Shown piece by piece: positions 29,421 to 38,639 of a stretch of DNA of 64,000 nucleotides. Location: the NCBI GenBank assembly GCA_018396815.1, contig JAGTQY010000003.1:69481-133480 (forward strand), in the 5' to 3' direction. The notes beneath the pieces were generated by a model that was given only the letters and a program-made list of their open reading frames with translations, ran no database searches and had not been told where the DNA came from. A program made the position numbers and the translations under genes. Numbering within the stretch: the first letter of the stretch is position 1; the number at the start of each line of letters is the position of its first letter. The stretch comes from Candidatus Bathyarchaeota archaeon (GTDB lineage Archaea; Thermoproteota; Bathyarchaeia; 40CM-2-53-6; DTDX01).

Positions 29421-30656
29421 TTATAACATTCCTTCTAAAACTTTTTTTAAATTCTCAATTTTTGGAGAAACATTAATTAATGGTTCATTACAAGTTTTAA
29501 TTACGACATCTGGATCTTTTAATCCATGCCCAGTTGTTATACAAACAATATTTTCATTTTTATCTATTTGACCATTTTCTAAAAGTTTTTTTAAACCTGC
29601 TATTGAAGCTGCACTTGCAGGTTCAACAAATATTCCTTCTTTTCTAGCCAAAAGTTTTTGGGCTTCTATAATTTCATTATCATTAACTGTCTCTAATAAT
29701 CCACTAGAGTTCTTAACAGCTTTTAAAGCTTTTTTCCAGCTTGCAGGTGCGCCTATCTTTATTGCAGTAGCAATTGTTTCTGGATTTGTAATAATCGAAA
29801 TTTCATTTTTTCCTTCTTTAAAAGCTTTAGCTAAGGGTGCTGCTTTTTCAGCTTGAATCCCAATCATCCGTGGAACCTTTTGAATTAACTCCAAATTTTT
29901 AAATTCATTAAAACCCTTCCAAACAGCACTTATGTTTCCTGCATTTCCAACTGGAAGTATAACAACGTCAGGGGCTTCATAATTTAATTGACTGCAAATC
30001 TCCATAGCTAGAGTTTTTTGGCCTTCTATTCTAAATGGGTTAATAGAATTTAAAAGACAAATTTGTGGATAATACTCTATTAACTTTCTCACAGCTTTTA
30101 AAGCATCATCAAAATTTCCATTTACTTGAATTATTTTAGCGCCATGAATTATTGCTTGAACCATTTTTCCTAATGCGACTTTTCCTTCAGGAACAAAAAT
30201 AATACTTTTAATATTTGCTTTAGCTGCATATGCAGCTAATGAAGCTGAAGTATTCCCTGTAGAAGCACATGCAACAATTTTAACATTTTTCTCTAAAGCT
30301 TTAGATATAGCAACAGTCATTCCTCTATCTTTAAATGATCCTGTTGGATTCTCTCCCTCATTTTTCACAAGCAAATTTTTTATATTAAAAAGTTTGCATA
30401 AATTTTTGCATTTATGAAGCGTTGTGCCCCCTTCGCCAAGAGAAACAATTTTAGATGAATCTTTAATTGGTAAAAGTTCTCTATATCTCCAAACAGATAA
30501 AGCACGTTTTTCAAATTTTTCTTTAGAAATAACTTTTTTTAATTCCTCAATATTATAAATAATTTCAAGCAAATCATTGCATTTAGGGCAATAATACTCA
30601 ACATTTTCAGATTCAAATTTAAATCCGCAATTTATGCAGTTAAAAAGGTAATTCAA
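29421..30656 (-). CDS. thrC: Threonine synthase
   Basis: NPTGSFKDRG, ASTGNT, PVGNAGN and TGHGLKD motifs; N-terminal Zn ribbon. Confidence 0.95.
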   Translation of the reverse strand: MNYLFNCINCGFKFESENVEYYCPKCNDLLEIIYNIEELKKVISKEKFEKRALSVWRYRELLPIKDSSKIVSLGEGGTTLHKCKNLCKLFNIKNLLVKNEGENPTGSFKDRGMTVAISKALEKNVKIVACASTGNTSASLAAYAAKANIKSIIFVPEGKVALGKMVQAIIHGAKIIQVNGNFDDALKAVRKLIEYYPQICLLNSINPFRIEGQKTLAMEICSQLNYEAPDVVILPVGNAGNISAVWKGFNEFKNLELIQKVPRMIGIQAEKAAPLAKAFKEGKNEISIITNPETIATAIKIGAPASWKKALKAVKNSSGLLETVNDNEIIEAQKLLARKEGIFVEPASAASIAGLKKLLENGQIDKNENIVCITTGHGLKDPDVVIKTCNEPLINVSPKIENLKKVLEGML

Positions 30657-30747
30657 AGCTTTTTAACGCTCCAAGTTTCAATTTTTTAAACGAAACAAAA
30701 ACCAAATATTTAAGTATTCAATAAGATTCAGGTTAAAAATTAAAATT

Positions 30748-31569
30748 TTATGTTTTTACAGTGTTTACTAAAACTTTATGAAAATCCTCAGTTTTAGCTG
30801 CAATTATATTAAATCCTTTTTTAACATCTTTTAAGGAGGCTTTAATAGACGTACCATTTAAGCTTGAAATTACGCCTCCAGCTTCTTCAAGAATAACTTT
30901 TCCAGCGGCAAAATCTACAATTCTCGCTTTTTTTCTTGCATCAATTACTCCATCTAACCTTCCTAAAGCTGTATAACAAAGCTCTAAAGCTAAACTGCCT
31001 AAAACTCTAATTTTAAATTCTTTAAGCAAGCTTAAAAAAACTTTTATTGATAATACGTTATTACCATATGTATATAAACTGATTAATGGTTTATCTTTTT
31101 CATAAAACACTTTTTCATTAATAATTTTTTTATTATTATAGTATGCGCCTTCTCCTTTCACAGCATAAAATAAATCTCCTCTCAAAACATCTTTTACAAC
31201 GCCTATAAATAAATCGTTTAACTGCAAATATTCATTAAATTTTCCAGCAGCTATAGATATAGAGTAAAATGGAATTGAATTGACAAAGTTTCTTGTTCCA
31301 TCAAGTGGATCAACAACTATCATTAACTCTGGTTTTATTTTTTCACCTATTTTTTTGAGTGGTGTTTCTTCACTAACTAAATAAGCTTCTATACCTTCAT
31401 TTTTTAAGCTTTCCTCAATTTTTTCTTCAGCAATTAAATCAACTTTTCTAGTTAAATCAGAATTTTTCTCCTTTACGATAATTTTAGATTCTTTATTTTT
31501 TATGCATTGTAAAATTGCTTCTTGAGCTTGATTAATTGCATAAATTATGGAATCTAAATAATTATTCAT
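30748..31569 (-). CDS. suhB: Inositol monophosphatase / FBPase family protein
   Basis: VSEE, DPLDGTRNF, RVLGS and DFAAG motifs. Confidence 0.85.
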   Translation of the reverse strand: MNNYLDSIIYAINQAQEAILQCIKNKESKIIVKEKNSDLTRKVDLIAEEKIEESLKNEGIEAYLVSEETPLKKIGEKIKPELMIVVDPLDGTRNFVNSIPFYSISIAAGKFNEYLQLNDLFIGVVKDVLRGDLFYAVKGEGAYYNNKKIINEKVFYEKDKPLISLYTYGNNVLSIKVFLSLLKEFKIRVLGSLALELCYTALGRLDGVIDARKKARIVDFAAGKVILEEAGGVISSLNGTSIKASLKDVKKGFNIIAAKTEDFHKVLVNTVKT

Positions 31570-31637
31570 TCTTAATCAAAAATTATCAACATACCTCCTT
31601 AAATTAAAGTTTTCCTAAATTAATTTGGGAGACAATT

Positions 31638-32183
31638 TTGGTTGGATGGGCTATTTGGATAACAGGTTTACCTGGTTCAGGAAAATCTACAATAGCTAAT
31701 GAATTAAGTAAAAAACTTAAAAAATTAAGTATTCCTTTTCAACTTCTTTCAATAGAGATGATTCGAAAAGTTTTAACTCCTAACCCTTCTTATACTGAAG
31801 AAGAAAGAAAAATGGTTTATGCAGCTTTAGTTTTTATAGCTGAGCTTTTAACTAGAAATGGTGTAAACGTTATAATTGATGCTACGGGAAATAAACGAGC
31901 ATATAGAGATAAAGCTAGAAAAAGAATTAAGAAATTTATGGAGGTTTATATTAAATGTCCATTAAAAATCTGTATGGAACGAGAAATGCATAGGAAAAAA
32001 ACATATGGTGCACCTAAAGGAATTTATAAAAAAGCTTTAACTGGAAAAAGCTTAACTGTTCCAGGTGTTGGAGTTGTTTATGAAGCTCCCTTAAAACCAG
32101 AAATTATAATTGATTCAGTTAAGTTAACACCTAAGAGCGCTGCAGAAAAAATACTTAATAAAATAATGGAGAAGTGGTGTTAA
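31638..32183 (+). CDS. APS-kinase-like P-loop kinase
   Basis: WITGLPGSGKST Walker A, KGIYKKA and YEAP motifs; the usual LDGD motif is absent. Confidence 0.75.
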   Translation: MVGWAIWITGLPGSGKSTIANELSKKLKKLSIPFQLLSIEMIRKVLTPNPSYTEEERKMVYAALVFIAELLTRNGVNVIIDATGNKRAYRDKARKRIKKFMEVYIKCPLKICMEREMHRKKTYGAPKGIYKKALTGKSLTVPGVGVVYEAPLKPEIIIDSVKLTPKSAAEKILNKIMEKWC

Positions 32184-32187
32184 TTTA

Positions 32188-33279
32188 TTGTTAAACCGTG
32201 AGAAACTAGAGAAATATCTCTCTAGTATTTATAAATCCAAAATTAAAATTGAAAGGATATCGTTATTAAGTGAAAAGGAAGAAATAGAGAAAGGAGCAGT
32301 TAATGAAGGAGTTAAAGCGTTTGGTTATGGAAAACCATATTTAATTGAGTTTAGAATAAATAAAGAAAAGAAGATCATTGTTTTAGAAACAATGAAAGGT
32401 GATAGTTTTGGGCATGAATTCTCCTACGATAGAGCTCATGCGCTTTTATTTGCTTATTCAACCTACAATAAGCTTCCTAAACATGCTAAATCTATAGACA
32501 TTGGAGTTTTCATGAAAAATGGTGAATTAACCTCGCTTAAAGATTATGATGAATTCTTTATTTTAATGAATAAAGTTGAGGGTACTCCATACTATAAGGA
32601 TCTAGAGAGAATTCTTAAAGAAAAAAATTTAACTCAACTAGATGAACTTAAAGCCGAAGCTCTATCAAATTATCTAGTTGAGATTCACTCATTAAAGTTT
32701 AGTGCTCCAAACCTTTATAAAAGACGTCTTAGAGAGCTTTTTGGTCATGGAGAATGTATAATGGGTCTTATCGATAATTATCCAGAGGGATACGTTAAGA
32801 AAGAAAATTTCTATTTAATAGCTGAGAAATGCTTCAAGCATATTTGGAGAATCCGAGAAAAAACTTATCGTTTGTGCCAGGTTCATGGGGATTTTCACCC
32901 TTGGAACATTCTTTTTAGAGGAGGAGTAGATTTCACAGTGTTAGATAGAAGTAGAGGTGAATGGGGTGAAGCTGCTGATGATTTAGCTGCAATGAGTATA
33001 AATTACATTTTCTTTTCTCTTCAAGCATTTGGTGAATTAAAAGGTGCTTTTGAAAAGCTTTACTTAAGGTTCATGGAAAATTACTTAATTAAAACTGGAG
33101 ATGAAGAAATTTTAGAAGTTATTCAACCTTTTTATGCTTGGAGATGTTTGGTGTTAGCAAATCCAATTTGGTATCCAAATTTAAACATGAAAATCAGACA
33201 GAAAATATTCAACTTTATTTTTAACGTTCTTGAAACCGAAAAATTTAGTATAAAGGATGTTAACTCTTATTTAACTTGA
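32188..33279 (+). CDS. Aminoglycoside phosphotransferase/choline kinase-like protein
   Basis: Brenner motif HGDFHPWNILF followed by VLDRS. Confidence 0.8.
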   Translation: MLNREKLEKYLSSIYKSKIKIERISLLSEKEEIEKGAVNEGVKAFGYGKPYLIEFRINKEKKIIVLETMKGDSFGHEFSYDRAHALLFAYSTYNKLPKHAKSIDIGVFMKNGELTSLKDYDEFFILMNKVEGTPYYKDLERILKEKNLTQLDELKAEALSNYLVEIHSLKFSAPNLYKRRLRELFGHGECIMGLIDNYPEGYVKKENFYLIAEKCFKHIWRIREKTYRLCQVHGDFHPWNILFRGGVDFTVLDRSRGEWGEAADDLAAMSINYIFFSLQAFGELKGAFEKLYLRFMENYLIKTGDEEILEVIQPFYAWRCLVLANPIWYPNLNMKIRQKIFNFIFNVLETEKFSIKDVNSYLT

Positions 33280-34376
33280 TGAGCATAAACAAACGTTTTA
33301 AATTCTTCACTTAATTCATTTATTATAAGCTTTAGTAATTGATCTATATTTTCTCCTGTTTTAGCGCTTATAAAAACAATTTTAACACCTAAAAATTTTC
33401 TTTTAATAATTTTCTCAATTTCTTTGAGCTTTTCTTCATTAACTAAATCGATTTTATTTACGCAAATAATCATTTTAGAGCTAGCGCCTATACGCCTAAG
33501 TATCTGATCTGAAGTATTTATTTTTCTAGTTAATGCTTCAAAATCATCGCTCGCATCAATAAATAATAAAATTAAATCTGCATTTGCAATTTCATTTAAG
33601 GTAGCATTAAATGCATCGAGAATTATAGGGTGCATATCCTCAATAAACCCTATTGAATCTATAAGAATAAAATCAAAATCATTTACTTTTCTAGCAAATG
33701 TTGATAAAGTTGTGAATGGGCCTAATCCAACGCTTTTATTTTCAGATGCTAACCTATTGAAAAAGGTTGTTTTTCCACTTTGAGTATAACCTGCTAAAGC
33801 TACTATTGGATAACCTAATTCATGTCTCCTCTTGCGTAAAGCATCTTTTTTTGATCTAATTTCTTCAAGCTTCCTTTTTATTCTACTTATTCTTTGTTTA
33901 GCTGCCTTTTCATAGTCGCTAAACGGGTAATCTCCAGGGCCACTCCATCCAACTTGCTCATTTAAGATTCCTTTAAGCTTAAGGTATTCTTTACCCCAAG
34001 AAAAAGTATACTTAAGTTTAGCAAGCTTTATTTGAAGTTTAGCCTCGCTACTTAAAGCTCTACTTTTGAAAAGTTCTAAAATTAACAAGTTTCTATCGAT
34101 TACTTCCACATCATATCCTAATTCCTTCTTTATTTTAAATGCTTGAGCGCTTGAAAGAGTATTACAGAAAACCACAAGATTAACTTCCTTTTCTTTAATA
34201 ATCTTTTTTAATTCATGAAGTTTTCCTTTTCCAATACAATAAGAATGATTAATACTGTTTCTTTTTTGAATTATTCTATCAACAATTCTATAACCTAAAG
34301 TCTCAACCATTTCTGAAACTTCATCTACTCTTGAAGGTAGCTTAGGGAGTTTACACTCCACTATAATTACGTTCAT
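33267..34376 (-). CDS. hflX: GTPase HflX (divergent)
   Basis: IGKGKL, DR.LLILELF..RA and EAKLQ N-domain motifs; GYTQSGKT, DSIG, NKID and ISAKTG G-motifs. Confidence 0.88.
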   Translation of the reverse strand: MNVIIVECKLPKLPSRVDEVSEMVETLGYRIVDRIIQKRNSINHSYCIGKGKLHELKKIIKEKEVNLVVFCNTLSSAQAFKIKKELGYDVEVIDRNLLILELFKSRALSSEAKLQIKLAKLKYTFSWGKEYLKLKGILNEQVGWSGPGDYPFSDYEKAAKQRISRIKRKLEEIRSKKDALRKRRHELGYPIVALAGYTQSGKTTFFNRLASENKSVGLGPFTTLSTFARKVNDFDFILIDSIGFIEDMHPIILDAFNATLNEIANADLILLFIDASDDFEALTRKINTSDQILRRIGASSKMIICVNKIDLVNEEKLKEIEKIIKRKFLGVKIVFISAKTGENIDQLLKLIINELSEEFKTFVYAHQVK

Positions 34377-34698
34377 GTTTTTCCACGAATTTATAAATAT
34401 ACATCATATTGCAAATTTAAAATTAAGTGTAATCCTTAATATTTAATTTCTGTTTTTAAAATCATTTATATAAGCTTTATGCATTTTTAATCATTCAACG
34501 TCATTATTCCTTATTACTAATTGCTATATTCTTTAACTTTACAGTATAGTAATTAATAAAAAAGGAATTGTGCTTAAATGTAAACCTTATTTGGGTTAAA
34601 ATTTAAATACAACTATAGAAACTATTTTACTATATAGCTAAAAATGTTTTATTAAGATTATATTGCAAGAAGAACTTAGATGTAGAGGGATGCAGAAA

Positions 34699-35709
34699 AT
34701 GCTAAACGCATTTACACTACTTATCTTAACCGTAATTATAGCGTTAATTTTTGATTTAGCTAATGGATGGCATGATGGTGCAAATTCTATTTCAGTAATA
34801 GTTTACACTGGTGGACTAAGGCCTCATCCTGCTGTTGTTATGTCTGCAATCTTTAATTTCGTAGGTCCATTTGTTGTTGGAACAACAGTTGCAAAAACAA
34901 TAGGAACTGAAGTAATTCCTGAAGGAAAAATTACAACTGTGATAATCCTTGCAGCTCTTATAAGCGCTATCACTTGGGATATTTTAACTTGGGTTTGGGG
35001 GCTACCTGTAAGTTCAAGTCATGCATTAATAGGTGGATTAGTAGGCGCTGGAGTGGCGAGTTACGGAATTTATGGAGTAAAATGGTATGGTTTAATTGAG
35101 AAAGTTATAATTCCTTTAGCAACAAGTCCTTTAATAGGATTATTTATAGGATTTTTAGCTATGAAAGGTTTATCTAAACTTAAAAACAAGTTTAGCAATC
35201 CAAACAAACTTGATAAATACTTTAATCATTCACAAATTCCCTTAGCTGCTTTTCTAAGTCTCAGTCATGGCGCTAATGACGCTCAAAAAACTATGGGCAT
35301 AATTGCTATGGTTCTTGCAGCATATTACGCTATTCCTTTTCATGTTCCTATGTGGGTTATGGTTTCCTGCGCTATGGCTATGGCGGTAGGAACATACTTG
35401 GACATAAAAATCTGGAGAATAGTGAAAACTTTAGGAGAAAAAGTAACTCATTTAGAACCTATTCATGGGTGTTCAGCGAATCTTTCCTCTTCATTAATTA
35501 TCTTTCTAGCCTCTCTACTAGGTGCACCAGTTAGTACTACGCATGTGGTAACTTCCTCTATTGCAGGCGTAGGAGTTGCTTCAGGTCTTTCAAGAGTTAA
35601 TTGGAGAGTATTTAGGGATGTTATATTAGCTTGGGTTACTACATTGCCTTTTTGCATAGGATTTAGTGCTTTAACCTATATTTCACTTATAAAAATATTT
35701 CACTTTTAG
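34699..35709 (+). CDS. pit: Inorganic phosphate transporter (PiT family)
   Basis: NGWHDGANS, GLPVSSSH, HGANDAQK and PVSTTH motifs. Confidence 0.93.
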   Translation: MLNAFTLLILTVIIALIFDLANGWHDGANSISVIVYTGGLRPHPAVVMSAIFNFVGPFVVGTTVAKTIGTEVIPEGKITTVIILAALISAITWDILTWVWGLPVSSSHALIGGLVGAGVASYGIYGVKWYGLIEKVIIPLATSPLIGLFIGFLAMKGLSKLKNKFSNPNKLDKYFNHSQIPLAAFLSLSHGANDAQKTMGIIAMVLAAYYAIPFHVPMWVMVSCAMAMAVGTYLDIKIWRIVKTLGEKVTHLEPIHGCSANLSSSLIIFLASLLGAPVSTTHVVTSSIAGVGVASGLSRVNWRVFRDVILAWVTTLPFCIGFSALTYISLIKIFHF

Positions 35710-35756
35710 TTTATTTATATGAATGAAAATCAATGAAATTATTGAACATTTTCCCT

Positions 35757-36458
35757 TTATTCTGAGCCAAAAAGCATTGCTGAAACTCTACTCATTATAA
35801 CTTGAATTAAATCACTGCTATCTTCAATTATATCTGATATACGTTCAATTATAGTTAATATATCTTTAAGAAATATGAATAAAGGTGCATCAATTTGGCT
35901 TCCATATTTAAAGTGTAACTCTCGTCTTATTTTAAAGTATTCTTCATCTATTAAATGTTCTATTTGTTCAACTTTAAGTTTAAGCTTGTACGCTTCATTA
36001 ACGTTTGTAGCTATTTTATTTAAGCTCAAACTATAAGCATCTATTTCATCTATTACATTTCCAACTAAGCTTGCGTAATTTTTTAAAAGTTCTTTTGGAA
36101 TTCTTTCTTTAGCATCAAGCTTAATAAGTTTAAGAATTAATGCCGCGTCTTTTGTTAAATCAATAATTTTTTCATGTCTCCATAATAATTGAAGTGTGTC
36201 TTCTCTATCTATTGGTGGAAGTTTACCTTTTTGAATCTCTCTTGCTATATTTCTAGCTAGATGATCGCATCCCTCTTCTATTAAAAAGATTTTACTCATA
36301 TTTTCGTCAGCTTCTTTATCCTTTCCTTCACTCATGTTTTCTAGAAGTTTTTTAAATTCATGTATAGCATTGTTAACTTTTGTTAAATGCTCTGAAAGAA
36401 TTTTAAGGGTATTCATTCCACCTCTTTTAGTTAACCAAATTAGAAGTTTTTCAGCCAA
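35757..36458 (-). CDS. DUF47 / PhoU-divergent phosphate transport regulator
   Basis: EEGCD, PIDRED, EHLID and ERISDIIED motifs. Confidence 0.85.
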   Translation of the reverse strand: MAEKLLIWLTKRGGMNTLKILSEHLTKVNNAIHEFKKLLENMSEGKDKEADENMSKIFLIEEGCDHLARNIAREIQKGKLPPIDREDTLQLLWRHEKIIDLTKDAALILKLIKLDAKERIPKELLKNYASLVGNVIDEIDAYSLSLNKIATNVNEAYKLKLKVEQIEHLIDEEYFKIRRELHFKYGSQIDAPLFIFLKDILTIIERISDIIEDSSDLIQVIMSRVSAMLFGSE

Positions 36459-36656
36459 TATTTTTCCCTCTTTGAAGACACCTTCTAATTACCTTATATA
36501 TTTTATATATCTTTCTAAAAGCTATATTTAAACTTTAAAAATTACTCTTCAATTCATTAAATTTGTTATTTTTGTTATTTATTAATTTAATAAAACTTTT
36601 AACCTATAATAAAAGCTTTCTTTAATTAATGAATCTTTTGTGGAAGTGAAGTATGT

Positions 36657-37229
36657 TTGACCTTTTTGTTTGATAAAAGAAAAAAGAAAAGTAGTTTAAT
36701 GCGATTAATTGAAAAACTTTCTATGAATAAAATTGGCGAAATTACGCTTGTGAAACTTGAGCAATTAGCTGCTAAATTCGGAATTGATGAAAAACAATTA
36801 TTAACACTTTATATTAAAACGAAAAATTTAGCTTATAGGAAAGTTTTTTCTAAAGTATCTTTTTCAGATAGAATTCTGCTTTTACCCCAATGTTTAAGAC
36901 CTAAAGATTGCTTAGCTTCCTTTAAGGAATTTAGTTATGAATGTAAAAACTGTGGAAATTGTAGGCTTGGAGAGATAATTAATCTTGCTAAAAAATTAGG
37001 TTACAAAGGAGTTTATGTTATTTCTGGAGGAAGTGTAGTCTCAAAAATATTTGAAAAAATGAAGCCTAAAGCTTGTATTGGAGTAGCTTGTTTAAAGGAA
37101 TTAGTTTTGGGGAGTTTTGTTGCTGAAAAATCTGGGGTTATAACTCAATGTGTAGCCTTATCTAAGGATGGATGTGTAAATACTGAAGTTGAATGGGGTT
37201 TTTTAAGAAAAATCATTGAATTAAGTTGA
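36657..37229 (+). CDS. DUF116 family Cys-rich protein
   Basis: LLPQCLR, CKNCGNC, GGS, GVAC and GCVNT motifs. Confidence 0.85.
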   Translation: MTFLFDKRKKKSSLMRLIEKLSMNKIGEITLVKLEQLAAKFGIDEKQLLTLYIKTKNLAYRKVFSKVSFSDRILLLPQCLRPKDCLASFKEFSYECKNCGNCRLGEIINLAKKLGYKGVYVISGGSVVSKIFEKMKPKACIGVACLKELVLGSFVAEKSGVITQCVALSKDGCVNTEVEWGFLRKIIELS

Positions 37230-37248
37230 TAGTGTACTTTTATATTTT

Positions 37249-37298
37249 GTAGTTTTGTCCTTCATAGAAACATTTATATAGTAGTTTTGTACTACATA
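37249..37298 (+). promoter_or_regulatory. tbp promoter (GAAACATTTATATA) flanked by two 18-bp direct repeats
   Basis: GTAGTTTTGTCCTTCATA (37249) and GTAGTTTTGTACTACATA (37281), 16/18 identical and 32 bp apart; the second copy is the palindrome GTAGT-N5-ACTAC. Confidence 0.65.
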
Positions 37299-37324
37299 AA
37301 TACAGAAGTAAAGAGGTGAAGTAA

Positions 37325-37930
37325 GTGAAGCAAACAAAACCTACAATAGAGATAAAAAATGTAGTGGCATCCGGTGATTTAAAACAACAGTTAGATCTAG
37401 ATACAATACTTAAATTTTCTCAAGGTTTCGCCTATAAACCTCGAGATTTTCCAGGAATAATATATCGATTAAAAAAGCCTAAAACATCCGTTTTAATGTT
37501 TAACTCAGGAAAAATAATTTGTACAGGAGCTAAATCAGAGAAAGAAGCTAAAAAAGCTATAATAAAAATTGTTGAAATGCTCAAACAAAATGGTTTATTG
37601 ATTCTTAATCAACCAAAAATAGAAATTCAAAATATCGTAGCTACAGGTGAACTTTCTGGAAAAATTGATTTAGAAAAAACCGCTTTCATACTAGAAAAAA
37701 CAATTTATGAGCCTGATCAATTTCCAGCTTTAATTTATAGAATGGAAAAACCTGAAGTTTCAACTCTTTTATTTGCCAGCGGAAAAATTGTTTGCGCTGG
37801 AGCAAAAAATGAAGAAGAGGCTAAATTTGCAATAACTTTTTTATCTGAAAATTTAATGAGAAAAGGGGCTATCTCCCATGAACATTTTGAAAATAAAGAA
37901 TTGATAGAACCTCAATTAATTCATGTTTAA
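37325..37930 (+). CDS. tbp: TATA-box-binding protein (divergent, possibly a secondary paralog)
   Basis: Two TBP repeats: NVVAS..FPGIIYRL..FNSGKIICTGAKS and QNIVA..YEPDQFPALIYRM..FASGKIVCAGAK. Confidence 0.93.
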   Translation: MKQTKPTIEIKNVVASGDLKQQLDLDTILKFSQGFAYKPRDFPGIIYRLKKPKTSVLMFNSGKIICTGAKSEKEAKKAIIKIVEMLKQNGLLILNQPKIEIQNIVATGELSGKIDLEKTAFILEKTIYEPDQFPALIYRMEKPEVSTLLFASGKIVCAGAKNEEEAKFAITFLSENLMRKGAISHEHFENKELIEPQLIHV

Positions 37931-37962
37931 ATAAATTAAATAAGATTTGGAGGTGAAATTAA

Positions 37963-38058
37963 ATGGAAAAGAAAGGAATTTTATTAGGAATGGTTGGAAT
38001 TGTAGCTGCAACAGCAATAGCCCTTGTATTAGCTAGAAATAAGTTAAAAGCAAAATAA
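37963..38058 (+). CDS. 31-aa single-TM micropeptide
   Basis: GGAGGTGA RBS, then ATG; MEKKGILLGMVGIVAATAIALVLARNKLKAK; followed by a T-tract. Confidence 0.65.
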   Translation: MEKKGILLGMVGIVAATAIALVLARNKLKAK

Positions 38059-38082
38059 AAAATAAAGTAGGTTAAAACTTAA

Positions 38083-38097
38083 TTTTTCCTTTTTTTT
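38083..38097 (+). terminator. Poly-T terminator after tbp and the micropeptide
   Basis: TTTTTCCTTTTTTTT. Confidence 0.5.
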
Positions 38098-38587
38098 AAA
38101 TCATCATTTCTCCTAGTTTATTTAAGCATTCTTTAACTTCAGTTCTTTCAAAATCTATTAAAGGAACCATAATTTTTTTCTTATTCATCATATTAATTAT
38201 TTCTTCAATTAAAATTCCTTTTTCTTCGCTTAAAACACTGCATGTGGGGCTTCCTCTTTTACCCACTAAACCTACAACTTTAAATCCATTCTTAATATAT
38301 TCCTCAATTAAGTTTACTGCTGATTCAGCTACTTTTTTACAATAATCTCTGAACTTTGGAGTATCGATTTGAGTTTTTGAAGCTTCTCTCCTTACTAAAC
38401 CGAAAACTGCTTGTTCTGGGCATGGTAACTGGATAATTCCTACTTTATTCTTCATTAACAACTCAATAATTTCATCTATCATAGCTGGCCATATACTAGG
38501 CGTTTTTGGACCAATGCAAAGAGAGTTTGAATTAATTATGCAATGAACCAAAAATATTACTTTTCCGCTTCTTCCATTATTAATCAT
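38096..38587 (-). CDS. DUF523 / TudS-related putative Fe-S desulfidase
   Basis: VHCIIN, LPCPE and GSPTCS supply three Cys in the DUF523 pattern. Confidence 0.75.
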   Translation of the reverse strand: MINNGRSGKVIFLVHCIINSNSLCIGPKTPSIWPAMIDEIIELLMKNKVGIIQLPCPEQAVFGLVRREASKTQIDTPKFRDYCKKVAESAVNLIEEYIKNGFKVVGLVGKRGSPTCSVLSEEKGILIEEIINMMNKKKIMVPLIDFERTEVKECLNKLGEMMI

Positions 38588-38639
38588 TTTTAATAATTTT
38601 CCCCCTTCTTCTAACATTACAAACAAGTGAATCAAATAT

